A stretch of DNA of 64,000 nt from Lentisphaerota bacterium (lineage in GTDB: Bacteria > Verrucomicrobiota > Kiritimatiellia > UBA8416 > JABMPJ01), in assembly GCA_013203785.1 (NCBI GenBank), contig JABMPJ010000047.1:2459-66458 (forward strand), given 5' to 3'. This document shows, one piece after another, positions 30,136-39,667 of the stretch. The position numbers and the translations under genes are program-made. The notes beneath the pieces were generated by a model. That model did no database searches. It saw only the letters and a list, made by a program, of their open reading frames with translations, and was not told where the DNA came from. Within the stretch, counting starts at the first letter, position 1; every line of letters begins with the position of its first letter.

Positions 30136-33048
30136 TTACTTACCTGTATTGAGCGGTCGCACTTCCAGCGTACCCACCGTACTGTGCAGACCGGCCCGTC
30201 CCTGCTTGTAAATCTCCATCTCCATACTGACGCCCTTCACAAATGGCCGTCCATCAACTGTAGCGGTTACGATGCCGCAGTCGGGCCCCTTTCCAAAATC
30301 CACAATGAGATCCACCAGGCCGGTCGGTCCCGGCCAATCGATCGTGACATCCCGTAGAATAGCGGTGGGACTGTTGGTATGCGCCGCTGGCTTAAAGCAG
30401 CGTAGCAGGGCCTCATATTGTACATAACGACGTTTCGGCAGTGAGGAGAGACTGTTGCCGCTATTGCTTTGGAAATAACCGTCATCCCCGAACCGGGCAT
30501 CCTGCCAGTCGGCGTCGGTCAGATCAGACATGTTGGCCAGATCGCTGGAGCGGATGCGAATATCGACATCGCCACCATTCGCGAAATCCTCCACATGGGT
30601 CCAGTTCAATTCGTTGTAGACGGGAGCAGTCATGCGGGTATCAAAAATGCCCGATCTAAAGGTGGCGGTCTCGGGATAGCCCACTTCAAGCCGGGAGAGT
30701 GCGATCATCTCGTTGGAGGCCACCCCATCAATGGTCGAGACCATCCCGGTAGCCACGACGTTCTTCAAGAGGCTGTTCAGGTCCGGATTGATGTTGGCGA
30801 AAACAGGCGTACTCCAAGAACCGACATCTATTCCGTTGTAGTTGGCGTTGGTGATGCCCCACACTGCAGCGGCGGGAGTGCCGGTATTGATAAACAAGGT
30901 TACAGTACCATTGTAGTCGCCAGAGAGAAGATCGAGATCTCCATCAGCATCGATGTCTCCGAATGCGGGAGTGCAGGACAGGCCGACGTTCAACCCCGCA
31001 TAAGGGTTGTTGGTCACCCCGAACGCGGGCGATGCGGCCGAACCGGTATTCTCAAACATCACCATATTACCGGGCTCGTACCGGCCCACAAAGAGGTCAA
31101 GATCACCATCTGCATCAATATCTCCAAAGGCGGGTGCCGTGTAGTGGTTTCCCGCGAACGGGTCGTTCAGGCGCGTTACTCGGATGCCCATCCATGCAGG
31201 ATCAAGCGGTGCCCAACTCGGGGCCGTCGGAGTTCCCAGATTGCGCAAGAATTCGATGTACCCATTCTGACCTCCAATGAAGCAATCGTAGTCACCGTCG
31301 GCATCAATATCAGCAAAGGTAGGGCGACTGAGGGGGTGTCGTATGCCGTTCCAGTCGCTATCCGCAAGAACAAGGTTGGGCGTTATGACGTCACCCTGGT
31401 TCTCATAATACCTGATCTCTCCCACCGCCCAGCCCCCCATGAACAAGTCTTGGTCGCCATCGGCATCAATGTCCACGAATGCAACACCGCAGTAGGTGCC
31501 ATAATCAATCCCCTGCCAACTCGCGTCGGCAGCACCCCAACTTGGAGCCACGGGGGTCCCTGTATTCTCGCGGTAGAGCACTTCGCCACTGCTCCCTCCG
31601 ACGAACAGATCCAGATCCGAGTCCCCGACTCCACCGATCTGGAGACCCACGCGATAATTTTGATCCCGGTTAATCGTGAACTCGGGTACCCAATCGCTCC
31701 ACAGCGTGCCGAGCGACGGAACGAGCGCCGCCGCCTCACCGCCGTTGAACGTGACATTGCTGACCGCACCGCTGACGTCATCGATCAGGACCACGTTGGT
31801 CACGTACGTGGGGGCACCCAGCCCGCCCTGAAATTGGAGGCGCGCCCACTTACCGTTCAGGTTGATCGCGGCGAAAGTATTGCTGCCGCCATAGATGAAG
31901 TTGGTCACCTGCATGGGCTGCCCAGAGAGTAACGCCGAGGTTTCACTATCGGCAACGGAGTTGGCCGTCCAGGCCACGCCCTTATCCATCGTCACGACCA
32001 CATCCGGGATATAGGGGTTTACGTTCGTGAAGGAATAGTCAAATTTGGCGCTACAGTTGCTGCTCATGACCGATCCGGGGTTGTCAAAATTGCTGTCGCA
32101 CCAGAGGTCATTGTAGACGTCGAACTCCAACAAAGCGCCAGCACCCGCTCCGGTGGCCACGGCCGCACAGTTGCCGCTGAAAGTCCAACCCGAGCTGCGC
32201 TGCGCTGCGCTGACGGTCACCCCGGTACCCGCAACGGTGAACATAGGCGAGTTTGGGTGCGAATTGGCCGGCACGTATATCTCCCCTTCGCGGTCACTGG
32301 CCGTGTTACTCAGGCGAATGCGGTCGATCTCGATATTGTACCCCGAGCTGGCACCGCTCTTGGAGATCGCCGTGAAGGAGAGTGTGTGCATGCCGCCATC
32401 CAAAACGATGCTCCCCCAGTTGAACGAGCGCCCCTTGCGACGGTCGGGCGAATAGCAGTCGTAGCGTGCCTCGGGGGGGCTGAAGACCATATCAACGAGG
32501 TTCTCGAAGATCACCTTGCTGCGAGAGGACTCACCCGCCATTCCTGCGGCCGCGATCTCGGTCGTGTCGGCAGCGGCAACCACCGCCTCAAGCTGGTCGT
32601 AGAGATCCTCCGGTGTTGCGTTGGTACTGCGCGGCCAGAATTCGGTGCGCAAAAGCTTGTCGGGCTCGCCAGGACGGACATGGTAGATCACCGTGCGATT
32701 CCACAGGATTCGACCGTCGGGTGAACGATCCAGGAATCCATCACCGTCCGTATCGTCCGAGACGGGCAGGCTGATTGCCGTGAAATCGCTGCCATCGTCG
32801 GGATAGAAAGACATCAGCCCAATTCCGACGCTGGAGAGACGTAGATCGGAGCGGATGCGCTCCAGCGAGAGCTCAAGATCCATATTCAGCTCACCCATAA
32901 TCTCTTCATGGTTCCACACGCGTAGCCCCTGGAGAAAGACGGCGAACACACCGCTCACGACCAAGATCGTGATGGTCGAGGCAATCATGAGCTCTACGAG
33001 GGTGAAGGCGCTCCCTTTTCCGGTCCTGCTCTCAGTTGAACAGTCCAT
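30136..33048 (-). CDS. Giant pseudopilin: prepilin-type N-terminal cleavage/methylation domain fused to FG-GAP (integrin-alpha-like) beta-propeller repeats
   Basis: N-terminus MDCSTESRTGKGSAFTLVELMIASTITILVVSGVFAVF is a type IV pilin-like leader plus hydrophobic helix. At least five FG-GAP/Ca-binding repeats follow (FVDIDADGDQDLF, FADIDADGDYDCF, FGDIDADGDLDLF x2, FANINPD...). The ATG at 33046-33048 overlaps the upstream stop (ATGA). Confidence 0.7.
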   Translation of the reverse strand: MDCSTESRTGKGSAFTLVELMIASTITILVVSGVFAVFLQGLRVWNHEEIMGELNMDLELSLERIRSDLRLSSVGIGLMSFYPDDGSDFTAISLPVSDDTDGDGFLDRSPDGRILWNRTVIYHVRPGEPDKLLRTEFWPRSTNATPEDLYDQLEAVVAAADTTEIAAAGMAGESSRSKVIFENLVDMVFSPPEARYDCYSPDRRKGRSFNWGSIVLDGGMHTLSFTAISKSGASSGYNIEIDRIRLSNTASDREGEIYVPANSHPNSPMFTVAGTGVTVSAAQRSSGWTFSGNCAAVATGAGAGALLEFDVYNDLWCDSNFDNPGSVMSSNCSAKFDYSFTNVNPYIPDVVVTMDKGVAWTANSVADSETSALLSGQPMQVTNFIYGGSNTFAAINLNGKWARLQFQGGLGAPTYVTNVVLIDDVSGAVSNVTFNGGEAAALVPSLGTLWSDWVPEFTINRDQNYRVGLQIGGVGDSDLDLFVGGSSGEVLYRENTGTPVAPSWGAADASWQGIDYGTYCGVAFVDIDADGDQDLFMGGWAVGEIRYYENQGDVITPNLVLADSDWNGIRHPLSRPTFADIDADGDYDCFIGGQNGYIEFLRNLGTPTAPSWAPLDPAWMGIRVTRLNDPFAGNHYTAPAFGDIDADGDLDLFVGRYEPGNMVMFENTGSAASPAFGVTNNPYAGLNVGLSCTPAFGDIDADGDLDLLSGDYNGTVTLFINTGTPAAAVWGITNANYNGIDVGSWSTPVFANINPDLNSLLKNVVATGMVSTIDGVASNEMIALSRLEVGYPETATFRSGIFDTRMTAPVYNELNWTHVEDFANGGDVDIRIRSSDLANMSDLTDADWQDARFGDDGYFQSNSGNSLSSLPKRRYVQYEALLRCFKPAAHTNSPTAILRDVTIDWPGPTGLVDLIVDFGKGPDCGIVTATVDGRPFVKGVSMEMEIYKQGRAGLHSTVGTLEVRPLNTGK

Positions 33049-33464
33049 CACATTCCCTCCGCGATCATGGTGTAAACGTCCACGGATTCACCGCTCAAGC
33101 GACCATTGGGCACAGGGAAGAAGACGCGCACGACGATCCGGGTGCAGGTGGGCACGGCGTTACTGACGGTCGTGGTACGCCGAAAAACTCCTGACTGGTC
33201 AATATTCCCAAACTCGTCGACCGCCGCCTCGTATTCGGACAGCAGCCCGAGGCTCTCGTAATCGAGCGTGCGGGCACGCTGAATGCGATTGCGGGCAATA
33301 CAGGTGGCCTTGTAGAGATCCGAAGCCACAGTGTGGGTCCGCATCGCCGAGATGTTGGCGGCAATGAACCCACCCGCGATCACGAAGAAAATGGCCGAGG
33401 CGATGACCACCTCCACCATCGTGAAACCCGCTTCGTTCCGTTTGCCTTTGCGGCGTCCTAACAT
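33048..33464 (-). CDS. Pseudopilin (prepilin-type N-terminal cleavage/methylation domain protein)
   Basis: MLGRRKGKRNEAGFTMVEVVIASAIFFVIAGGF is the canonical G|FTxxE motif. GGAGG RBS upstream of the ATG at 33464. Confidence 0.75.
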   Translation of the reverse strand: MLGRRKGKRNEAGFTMVEVVIASAIFFVIAGGFIAANISAMRTHTVASDLYKATCIARNRIQRARTLDYESLGLLSEYEAAVDEFGNIDQSGVFRRTTTVSNAVPTCTRIVVRVFFPVPNGRLSGESVDVYTMIAEGM

Positions 33465-33624
33465 TACACACCCCTCCTAGCCCTATAGACCATCGTACTT
33501 AATAGCAATTGGCGTACCACCACCCCGAAAGGGAGGTTCTCGCCCTGCCCCAATCAGAATCTTCTCACTTATGAAAGGTGGTGGCCTTCCACGCAGCCGA
33601 TTGTGTCGTATTTTTAGACAGGGG

Positions 33625-34551
33625 TCAACCCGTCACAAAGCGCGTGTGATCCCAGTCATGCAGCAGCTGTGCCACATCTGGTCCCCTGGAACGGTGCTCT
33701 CCCCACGAGAGGTCTAGGAGCTTCAATGCCCCCTCGCCGCAGCCCACGACAACCTCCTGATCGATAATACGTAGCGCGCCAATCACGCAATCAGGATGCA
33801 CTCCCGCAACGACAGCCACGCGCCAGAGGGTGAGCCGCCGGCCTTCAAGATAGGTGAAGGCCCCTGGGTAAGGCGATGTCACGGCCCGCACCAGGTTGTA
33901 AAGTTCGCGGGCAGAACGGGACCAATCGATCAACCCGTCATCAGGTGAGCGCCTTCCAAATGTAGTCGCCCCGCTCTCATCCTGCGAACGCCGTGGGGCT
34001 CGGTCCTCTATAATCGCTGGCAGCCATGCCTCGAGCAGAACTTCTGCCGCAGTCTTCAGGCGGGTATAGAGTGAGACAATGTCATCCTGGGAGCTAATCG
34101 GCACGGGGATCTGACCGACAATGTCGCCGGCATCGGCTTGTTCAGACATGTGATGAAGTGTGACACCGGTCTGTGACTCGCCTCGCACCAAGACCCAGTT
34201 GGCGGGACAGCGTCCGCGGTAGGCTGGCAGCAATGAGGCATGCAGATTCAGGCCACCTCGCGGTGCCGTCTGTAGGAGTTCCCGCGATAGGAGTCGCCGA
34301 TAGAAGAATGAAAAGAGAATATCGGGACGGCAGGCGGCGACTCGATCCGGCCAAGGCGCCAGATTGGCATTGTGGGGCCGCTCACAGGGCACCCCCCGCT
34401 CCCGACACCAGTCGACCACCGAGGCGAACCAGCACTCCTCATTCGCGTCGTCCGGGTGCGAGAGGACTAGGGCAATCTCCACCCCGTGGCAGTGCAGTTG
34501 CTCCAAACCGATCACACCGATATCATGATAAGCAAAGACCACCGCCCTCAT
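33625..34551 (-). CDS. Formyltransferase (ArnA N-terminal formyltransferase-domain-like / Fmt family), stand-alone
   Basis: MRAVVFAYHDIGV...ILFSFFYRRLL...GGLNLHASLLPAYRGRCPANWVLVRGESQTGVTLHHM is the formyltransferase catalytic-core pattern. Length 308 aa. The ATG at 34549-34551 overlaps the upstream stop (ATGA). Confidence 0.75.
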   Translation of the reverse strand: MRAVVFAYHDIGVIGLEQLHCHGVEIALVLSHPDDANEECWFASVVDWCRERGVPCERPHNANLAPWPDRVAACRPDILFSFFYRRLLSRELLQTAPRGGLNLHASLLPAYRGRCPANWVLVRGESQTGVTLHHMSEQADAGDIVGQIPVPISSQDDIVSLYTRLKTAAEVLLEAWLPAIIEDRAPRRSQDESGATTFGRRSPDDGLIDWSRSARELYNLVRAVTSPYPGAFTYLEGRRLTLWRVAVVAGVHPDCVIGALRIIDQEVVVGCGEGALKLLDLSWGEHRSRGPDVAQLLHDWDHTRFVTG

Positions 34552-35459
34552 CAGACGTCCTCCTGCACCGATACCGCGCCAGCAAAGCCAGGAAGGCTCT
34601 GTCGGGCCAATCGGCCGCGCGGCATGACCCGGCCGCCGGGCAGGGCGGTCGCGGCTGTTGCCAGCGTCTGGGTGCTCAAACCCGCCTGCTCCAGCGCTGC
34701 AATGATGGCATCCAGCAGCCCCGGTTGCAGCAAGCCTTCGTAGTAGTCGTGAAGACAACAGAGCTGCCCGGAGGACGACCCGCAGACAACGGCAATCGCG
34801 GTCGCCGTCACGCGGTCCGACCGCCCGGTCATGGCTTCGGCGGAGGGCACCGTCACCGGCAGATGGGGCATCTCAAGCAAAGTTCCATCCCGCAGCAGCG
34901 TCTGAAAAGGAGCCCGGCCCCAGCAATCGGCCAAGTAAGGAACCCCGCGCGTCGCCAGCAGCTGTAGCACATCATCCCGGCTGCGCCAGCCGGGCGAGGC
35001 CCATGCATACTGGGTCTCTCCCGTCACGCGCGCCATCACGTCGTAGGCGCGCGCCACCTCCTGGGCCAATCGCTCCGGCTCAGAGTGCCACACCTCATCG
35101 ACCCACCACTCGTGATCGAATCCATGCACGCCCACCTCGTGGCCCAGTGCCAGCAACCGGGCAATGGTCGAACCCAGCAGTACGTCACTGTCCCCGCCCC
35201 CACTCATTCCCAGAAGCTCGCCCCACGCGCCCAGGCGCCCAAGGAGTCGCCACGCACCAATGTGCAACCATCGCTTCAGGTACCCCGGGCGAACGACCTT
35301 GCGCAGCCAGGGGCGCCCGCCGTTGAGTTGTGTCGTGAGGAAGAACGTCGCAAGCATATTGTGCGCCGCCAACCGCTCCGCCATCCGGGGCACCGCCCGG
35401 TGGAGGCCTATCCTGAAGTCCACATCGATGCGAAGTGCCGGTGCGTGACCTTCAGACAT
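34551..35459 (-). CDS. Polysaccharide-deacetylase-family protein (ArnD-like deformylase)
   Basis: NodB-type motifs (LATFFLTT..., HEVGVHGFDHEWW). About 302 aa from the ATG at 35457-35459, which overlaps the upstream stop (ATGA). The track ORF is longer (start at 35831), but its N-terminal extension would overlap the GT2 gene. Confidence 0.65.
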   Translation of the reverse strand: MSEGHAPALRIDVDFRIGLHRAVPRMAERLAAHNMLATFFLTTQLNGGRPWLRKVVRPGYLKRWLHIGAWRLLGRLGAWGELLGMSGGGDSDVLLGSTIARLLALGHEVGVHGFDHEWWVDEVWHSEPERLAQEVARAYDVMARVTGETQYAWASPGWRSRDDVLQLLATRGVPYLADCWGRAPFQTLLRDGTLLEMPHLPVTVPSAEAMTGRSDRVTATAIAVVCGSSSGQLCCLHDYYEGLLQPGLLDAIIAALEQAGLSTQTLATAATALPGGRVMPRGRLARQSLPGFAGAVSVQEDV

Positions 35460-36205
35460 CAAGACCGCCTCGCCCATGGCATACTGTAACGTAGCGTGGC
35501 AGCCAGGATGGTGAACGTCTCCCACCATCGAATCGTTTTGCCCTGCGCATAGCTGCGGAAGCGGTAAGAGACAGGCACCTCCCGCCAGCGCGGCCGAGTC
35601 GAACGCAGCACCTTCCATATCAACTCCGGGGTATAGGCAAAACGGCGCTCGTACAGTGTCAGGCCCCGTACGCACTCCATCCGAAATCCATACAGACCTG
35701 TGAGGAGATCCGCAGTGGTGTGGCGAGCCAAAAGATTGAACCACCCTGATAAAAGGCGATTTACCAGAAAGGTGGCGAGGTACTGGTCGGGGCGCGGTCG
35801 CCCAAAGCCGTAGCGAACGCCCATAACCCAATCGGCCTCACCGGCCAGGAGTGGCGCCAGCACATCCGGAATCTCGGCGGGTCGATACTCGCCATCGGCG
35901 TCGATGACGACCATGTGGCGCGCCTCAATGTTCCCAAACGCCCAGTTCAGCACCGCACCCTTGCCTTCGTTCACAGAGCGGTTCACCACAGAAACAGGGC
36001 CGCACGTCTCGACAGCCTGCTCAAGCTCAGCCGACCAGTCCGTGCTGGCGTCGTTGAGGACCCAGACATGCGAAGAGACATCAAGCCTTGCCAGAACCGC
36101 GACAACCTCCTGCACCACATCCACCAATGTGGCGCGCTCGTTGAAAACTGGAATCACCACCACCACGGCAGGGCACTCAGCGGCGCAGATGGGATTAGCA
36201 GCCAT
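35459..36205 (-). CDS. Family-2 glycosyltransferase (ArnC-like polyprenyl-phosphate aminoarabinose transferase)
   Basis: VVVIPVFNERATL...VLNDASTDWSAE...NEGKGAVLNWAF...VVIDADGEY is the GT-A/GT2 DxD signature. ATG at 36203-36205. Confidence 0.8.
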   Translation of the reverse strand: MAANPICAAECPAVVVVIPVFNERATLVDVVQEVVAVLARLDVSSHVWVLNDASTDWSAELEQAVETCGPVSVVNRSVNEGKGAVLNWAFGNIEARHMVVIDADGEYRPAEIPDVLAPLLAGEADWVMGVRYGFGRPRPDQYLATFLVNRLLSGWFNLLARHTTADLLTGLYGFRMECVRGLTLYERRFAYTPELIWKVLRSTRPRWREVPVSYRFRSYAQGKTIRWWETFTILAATLRYSMPWARRS

Positions 36206-37343
36206 AGTAGCCAATCACCCTCCCCAGGGCAGTCACCACCGACGCCACATCCGCCTCGCTCATCGCGTCGTGCAACGGCAGCGAGAGGATACGCCGAGCG
36301 ACCTGTGTCGCGACGGGACACGACTCCTCGTGCACGCCCAGCCTATCCTGGAGATAGGTCAGACAGTGCAGCGGCCGATAGTGGATCGCGACTTCAACAT
36401 GCTCAGCCGCCATGGCCTCAATCAGCACTCGGCGATCGATACGCAACCGCTCGGGCACGAGCAGTACGTTGAAGAGATGCCAGCCATGGCGCTGGCTCGA
36501 TGGCACAGGTGCAGGCAGTTCGACTGCCTCACTATTCTGTAGCGCCTCGCGGTAACGCTCTGCCAGCACACAGCGCCGGGCGTGGCGCTCCTCGACGGTG
36601 CGAAGTTGGTGGAGGCCCAGGGCCGCCTGTAGATCGCTCATATTGGCCTTGCAGCCCGGTCCCGTGACATCGCGCAACCAGCCCGATCCGGGCACGGCAG
36701 GCACCAGCCCGTGAAAGCGGCGACGGCGGACCCGCTCCGCCAATGCCGCGTCGTTGGTAGCCACCATGCCCCCCTCCCCCGTGGTGACGCTCTTGCAGGG
36801 GTGGAAACTGTAGGCATTGGCGACTCCATAGCCGCCCACATTCCGCCCCTCATAACCCGTCTCAATGGCGTGGGCGCAGTCGCTCAATAGGGGTAGACCA
36901 TGCCGATTAGCGATCCCGATCAGTGGCCCCATCTCACTAGGTCGCCCGGCGAAGTGGACAGGCAGCACGCAGCGCGTACGTGCCGTGATTGCCGCTTCGA
37001 GCAAGGCGGGGTCCAGGGTCCAGTTGCGCGCATCAATGTCGACCAAAACGGGCGTCGCCCCTCGATTAAGGATGGCATGGGCCGTGGCCACGAACGTCAG
37101 CGGGGTCGTGATGACCTCGTCCCCCTCTCCCACACCCAGCCCCGCCAGCGCCAACTCCAGAGCCTGAGTACCAGAGGTCACCGCCACTGCGTGCTCGACG
37201 CCCACATAGCGGGCGAACTGCGTCTCGAAAGCCGCCACCCGCGGTCCGGTCGCCAACCAACCCGAGCGCAAGACCGCCTCGACCTCGTGAATGGCCTCCT
37301 CAGAGATCGCCGACGCAAACACGGTCAGCTTGGTCTCCCGCAC
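36195..37343 (-). CDS. DegT/DnrJ/EryC1-family PLP aminotransferase (ArnB-like UDP-4-keto-pentose aminotransferase)
   Basis: ...ISEEAIHEVEAVLRSGWLATGPRVAAFETQFARYVGVEHAVAVTSGTQALELAL... Likely GTG start at 37341-37343, preceded by GAGGGTGGG. The track ORF starts at a TTG at 37442. Confidence 0.8.
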   Translation of the reverse strand: MRETKLTVFASAISEEAIHEVEAVLRSGWLATGPRVAAFETQFARYVGVEHAVAVTSGTQALELALAGLGVGEGDEVITTPLTFVATAHAILNRGATPVLVDIDARNWTLDPALLEAAITARTRCVLPVHFAGRPSEMGPLIGIANRHGLPLLSDCAHAIETGYEGRNVGGYGVANAYSFHPCKSVTTGEGGMVATNDAALAERVRRRRFHGLVPAVPGSGWLRDVTGPGCKANMSDLQAALGLHQLRTVEERHARRCVLAERYREALQNSEAVELPAPVPSSQRHGWHLFNVLLVPERLRIDRRVLIEAMAAEHVEVAIHYRPLHCLTYLQDRLGVHEESCPVATQVARRILSLPLHDAMSEADVASVVTALGRVIGYYGC

Positions 37344-37387
37344 GGGGGTCCCACCCTCGCGCGCGGGGCGCTCTGATACGACGTTGC

Positions 37388-39667
37388 TCACGGCTCTCCT
37401 CCGGCTTCCACCGTGAGCGGACGGAGTTCCTCTTTGTCCCAACGGTACGCCACATAGCCTGGGTGCGCCGCAAGAAACTCCCCATTGCGCGCGCCGAGGT
37501 CGCGCACGAAGAAGGGTCCGCGACGCAGGAAAGGATCATTCATAAAGAACCCGTCATTGAAAAGCAGCCCCTCCGTTTCAACGAACACGATCGCCCGGTC
37601 CAGCGACTGCTGCCGCACAGCCTCGTGTAGGCCAGCGGTGACATTGCCGTACTGCCGGGCTTCGTGCAACCGTTTAGGGAGATAGGCCGAGAGATTCCAC
37701 ACCACCATGCCGCTCACGACCAAGAGTGTGAGCACCGACCCCACAGAAAGACTCTCTCGCGAGCGGCGACCACAGCCAAGGGTCAGCCGGTCCAACCCCA
37801 CCCCGGACAGCACGGCCGCCAGGGGCACGGCCGCGAACCAGTAGCGTGCGCCATAGCCGATATGCTGGGTTGCCCAGTAACACATATGACCTGCAATCAA
37901 GGCCAGCATGAGCGCCATGAGAAAGAGGTAGCGCCCTCGGTGCCTGGCCAGGAGCAGCGGGACGGGAACCAGCATCAGTGATAGCTGCCAAGGCCAGCCC
38001 AGAAAGTAGTGCGACGTATGCCTGAGATAGAAACGAACGCTGCGCAATGCCTTGGCCGGTGTGTGCCCCCAGGTTCCCCAGGTCTTCAACCAGCCGTATC
38101 CACGGTCGGCTCCGAACCCCAATCGGTCGGATTGATCATAGAGCGAGTAGACATTGAGGGAGGTATGTTCGCCCCCATCGTGTTTGAAGAGCGAGAGCCA
38201 CAACGCCCCCACGATAATGAAGGGCAGTATCCCCGCCAAGCTGGCACTGCCCAGCCTCAACAGCCGTGCTGGCTGACGTTTCCGGAGAAGCACACCTGTA
38301 GCCGTGAGGGCAAATACGCCGCCCAAAAGAAGCGCCGTGAAGGGCCTTGTCAACATGGCCGCCCCTATCGCGGCCCCGCACAGAGCCGCCCGCCCCAGCC
38401 GATCCTCGCGCAGAGCGGAGCGGCCGGCCAGCAAGGCAAGCACGGCAAAGAGCGCCGCGGCCATGTGCGACATCAAGTTGCCGCCCATTAGGAGAAAGAA
38501 GGGCGAACTCACCAGTAGCGCCCACGATGCCCAAGCCGCCCGACGCCCCGCCCAGCCTGCGGCCAGGCGGTACACCGCCAGCGCCAGCAACCCGGCCAGC
38601 AAGGGATTCACCAGCCAGGGTACCCCCGCGCGCATGCCCGTGGCGAGCAGGAGAGGAAAGAGCGGCGGGTACTTGGAGAGCCACCGATTACCGAGCATCA
38701 AGATATGATCATGCTTAAAGAATTCGGGCAGCTCGGGTACGGTTGCCCAGAGATGCCCATGCGCGTAGATGCCAGCCTGGAACCAGTATGCCGTTTCGTC
38801 CGCCAAGTGGGGAACACGCTGCAGCCCGACCACCCCCACCCACGCCGTCGCCACCATCGGCACCCCCACCAACACTCCCCATCGCACGAACCGATGGAGG
38901 CGCAGGCGGCGTAACCTCGGACCAGGGCGGGCGCCAGCCAACTGGACGACCAGCCAGAGCAGAAGCACCAGGCATCCTCCGCGTAGGGCCAAGCGAGCCA
39001 CGTCTCCCACAAGGAGCCGGGCTTCCGTACCCACTGCGAGCGGTTGGAGCGGGACCACGTCTAATACCGCTCCGGGTCGACCATGCTCCAACCGGAAGAA
39101 GAAGGCGTCATTCAGGTCGGGCCGAATCACGAACGCCAGCCCGTTGTCCGCATCCGTCGCGCGCACGACCAGGCCGGCATCTGAAGGATGCGCCAGGTGA
39201 ACGCTGAGTTCGGCATCATGCCCGGCAGGGCGCGGCAGAAGCAGCACCGCCCGGTCGCCCTCGACTCCCGAGTGCCAGGCACCCCGACCGCGGTCGATTT
39301 TCCACTGCGGGGCCGGGTTGAGCCGAGGCCAGTCCCAGTCCGCATCCAAGAGGTGATAGCGGTGTATCGCGCCACCGCTGGCCACACGACCTCTCACCAA
39401 TAGATTGCGGAAGTACTGCCTATGGGCTACCCCGCCATAGGGATGGTAAACGTACAGCCCACAGCAATCGCCGATCAGATCGGGGGGAACGACCAGAGTG
39501 AGCAGGGACTGACCGTCGATCAGTGCCGTGACAGAGTCCCCCTCGTTGCGCAGTACCAGATCGTATCCTTCCGAGCCTTGCCCTGGCCAAAGATGAAGAA
39601 CCAACAGTAGGGCCACAAGGAGGACCTCCACCAGGCAGGCCATCCATAGCGTCCGGCGCTTATGCAT
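37388..39667 (-). CDS. GT-C membrane glycosyltransferase of the ArnT/PMT (GT83/GT39) family with ~300-aa N-terminal extension
   Basis: The core FFKHDHILMLGNRWLSKYPPLFPLLLATG...LMGGNLMSHMAAALFAVLALLAG is followed by many TM helices. The ATG at 39665-39667 is preceded by GGGGGGAG. The first ~300 residues (one TM helix plus a soluble domain) have no counterpart in canonical ArnT. Confidence 0.7.
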   Translation of the reverse strand: MHKRRTLWMACLVEVLLVALLLVLHLWPGQGSEGYDLVLRNEGDSVTALIDGQSLLTLVVPPDLIGDCCGLYVYHPYGGVAHRQYFRNLLVRGRVASGGAIHRYHLLDADWDWPRLNPAPQWKIDRGRGAWHSGVEGDRAVLLLPRPAGHDAELSVHLAHPSDAGLVVRATDADNGLAFVIRPDLNDAFFFRLEHGRPGAVLDVVPLQPLAVGTEARLLVGDVARLALRGGCLVLLLWLVVQLAGARPGPRLRRLRLHRFVRWGVLVGVPMVATAWVGVVGLQRVPHLADETAYWFQAGIYAHGHLWATVPELPEFFKHDHILMLGNRWLSKYPPLFPLLLATGMRAGVPWLVNPLLAGLLALAVYRLAAGWAGRRAAWASWALLVSSPFFLLMGGNLMSHMAAALFAVLALLAGRSALREDRLGRAALCGAAIGAAMLTRPFTALLLGGVFALTATGVLLRKRQPARLLRLGSASLAGILPFIIVGALWLSLFKHDGGEHTSLNVYSLYDQSDRLGFGADRGYGWLKTWGTWGHTPAKALRSVRFYLRHTSHYFLGWPWQLSLMLVPVPLLLARHRGRYLFLMALMLALIAGHMCYWATQHIGYGARYWFAAVPLAAVLSGVGLDRLTLGCGRRSRESLSVGSVLTLLVVSGMVVWNLSAYLPKRLHEARQYGNVTAGLHEAVRQQSLDRAIVFVETEGLLFNDGFFMNDPFLRRGPFFVRDLGARNGEFLAAHPGYVAYRWDKEELRPLTVEAGGEP

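Noticed and set aside
30469-31932. 487-aa plus-strand ORF
   Set aside because: It lies entirely antisense to the FG-GAP pseudopilin gene, whose product has a clear pilin N-terminus and repeated FG-GAP motifs. The ORF is Arg/Gly/Val-rich, typical of a GC-rich shadow frame.
34173-34967. 264-aa plus-strand ORF overlapping the formyltransferase/deacetylase genes
   Set aside because: Arg/Pro/Ala-rich low-complexity translation antisense to two tightly coupled genes with recognisable enzyme motifs. Shadow ORF.
35460-35831. N-terminal 124-codon extension of the ArnD-like ORF proposed by the ORF track (start at 35831)
   Set aside because: The extension would overlap the whole 3' half of the GT2 gene in another frame. 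An internal ATG at 35459 gives a canonical ATGA-coupled, ~300-aa deacetylase matching the family length.
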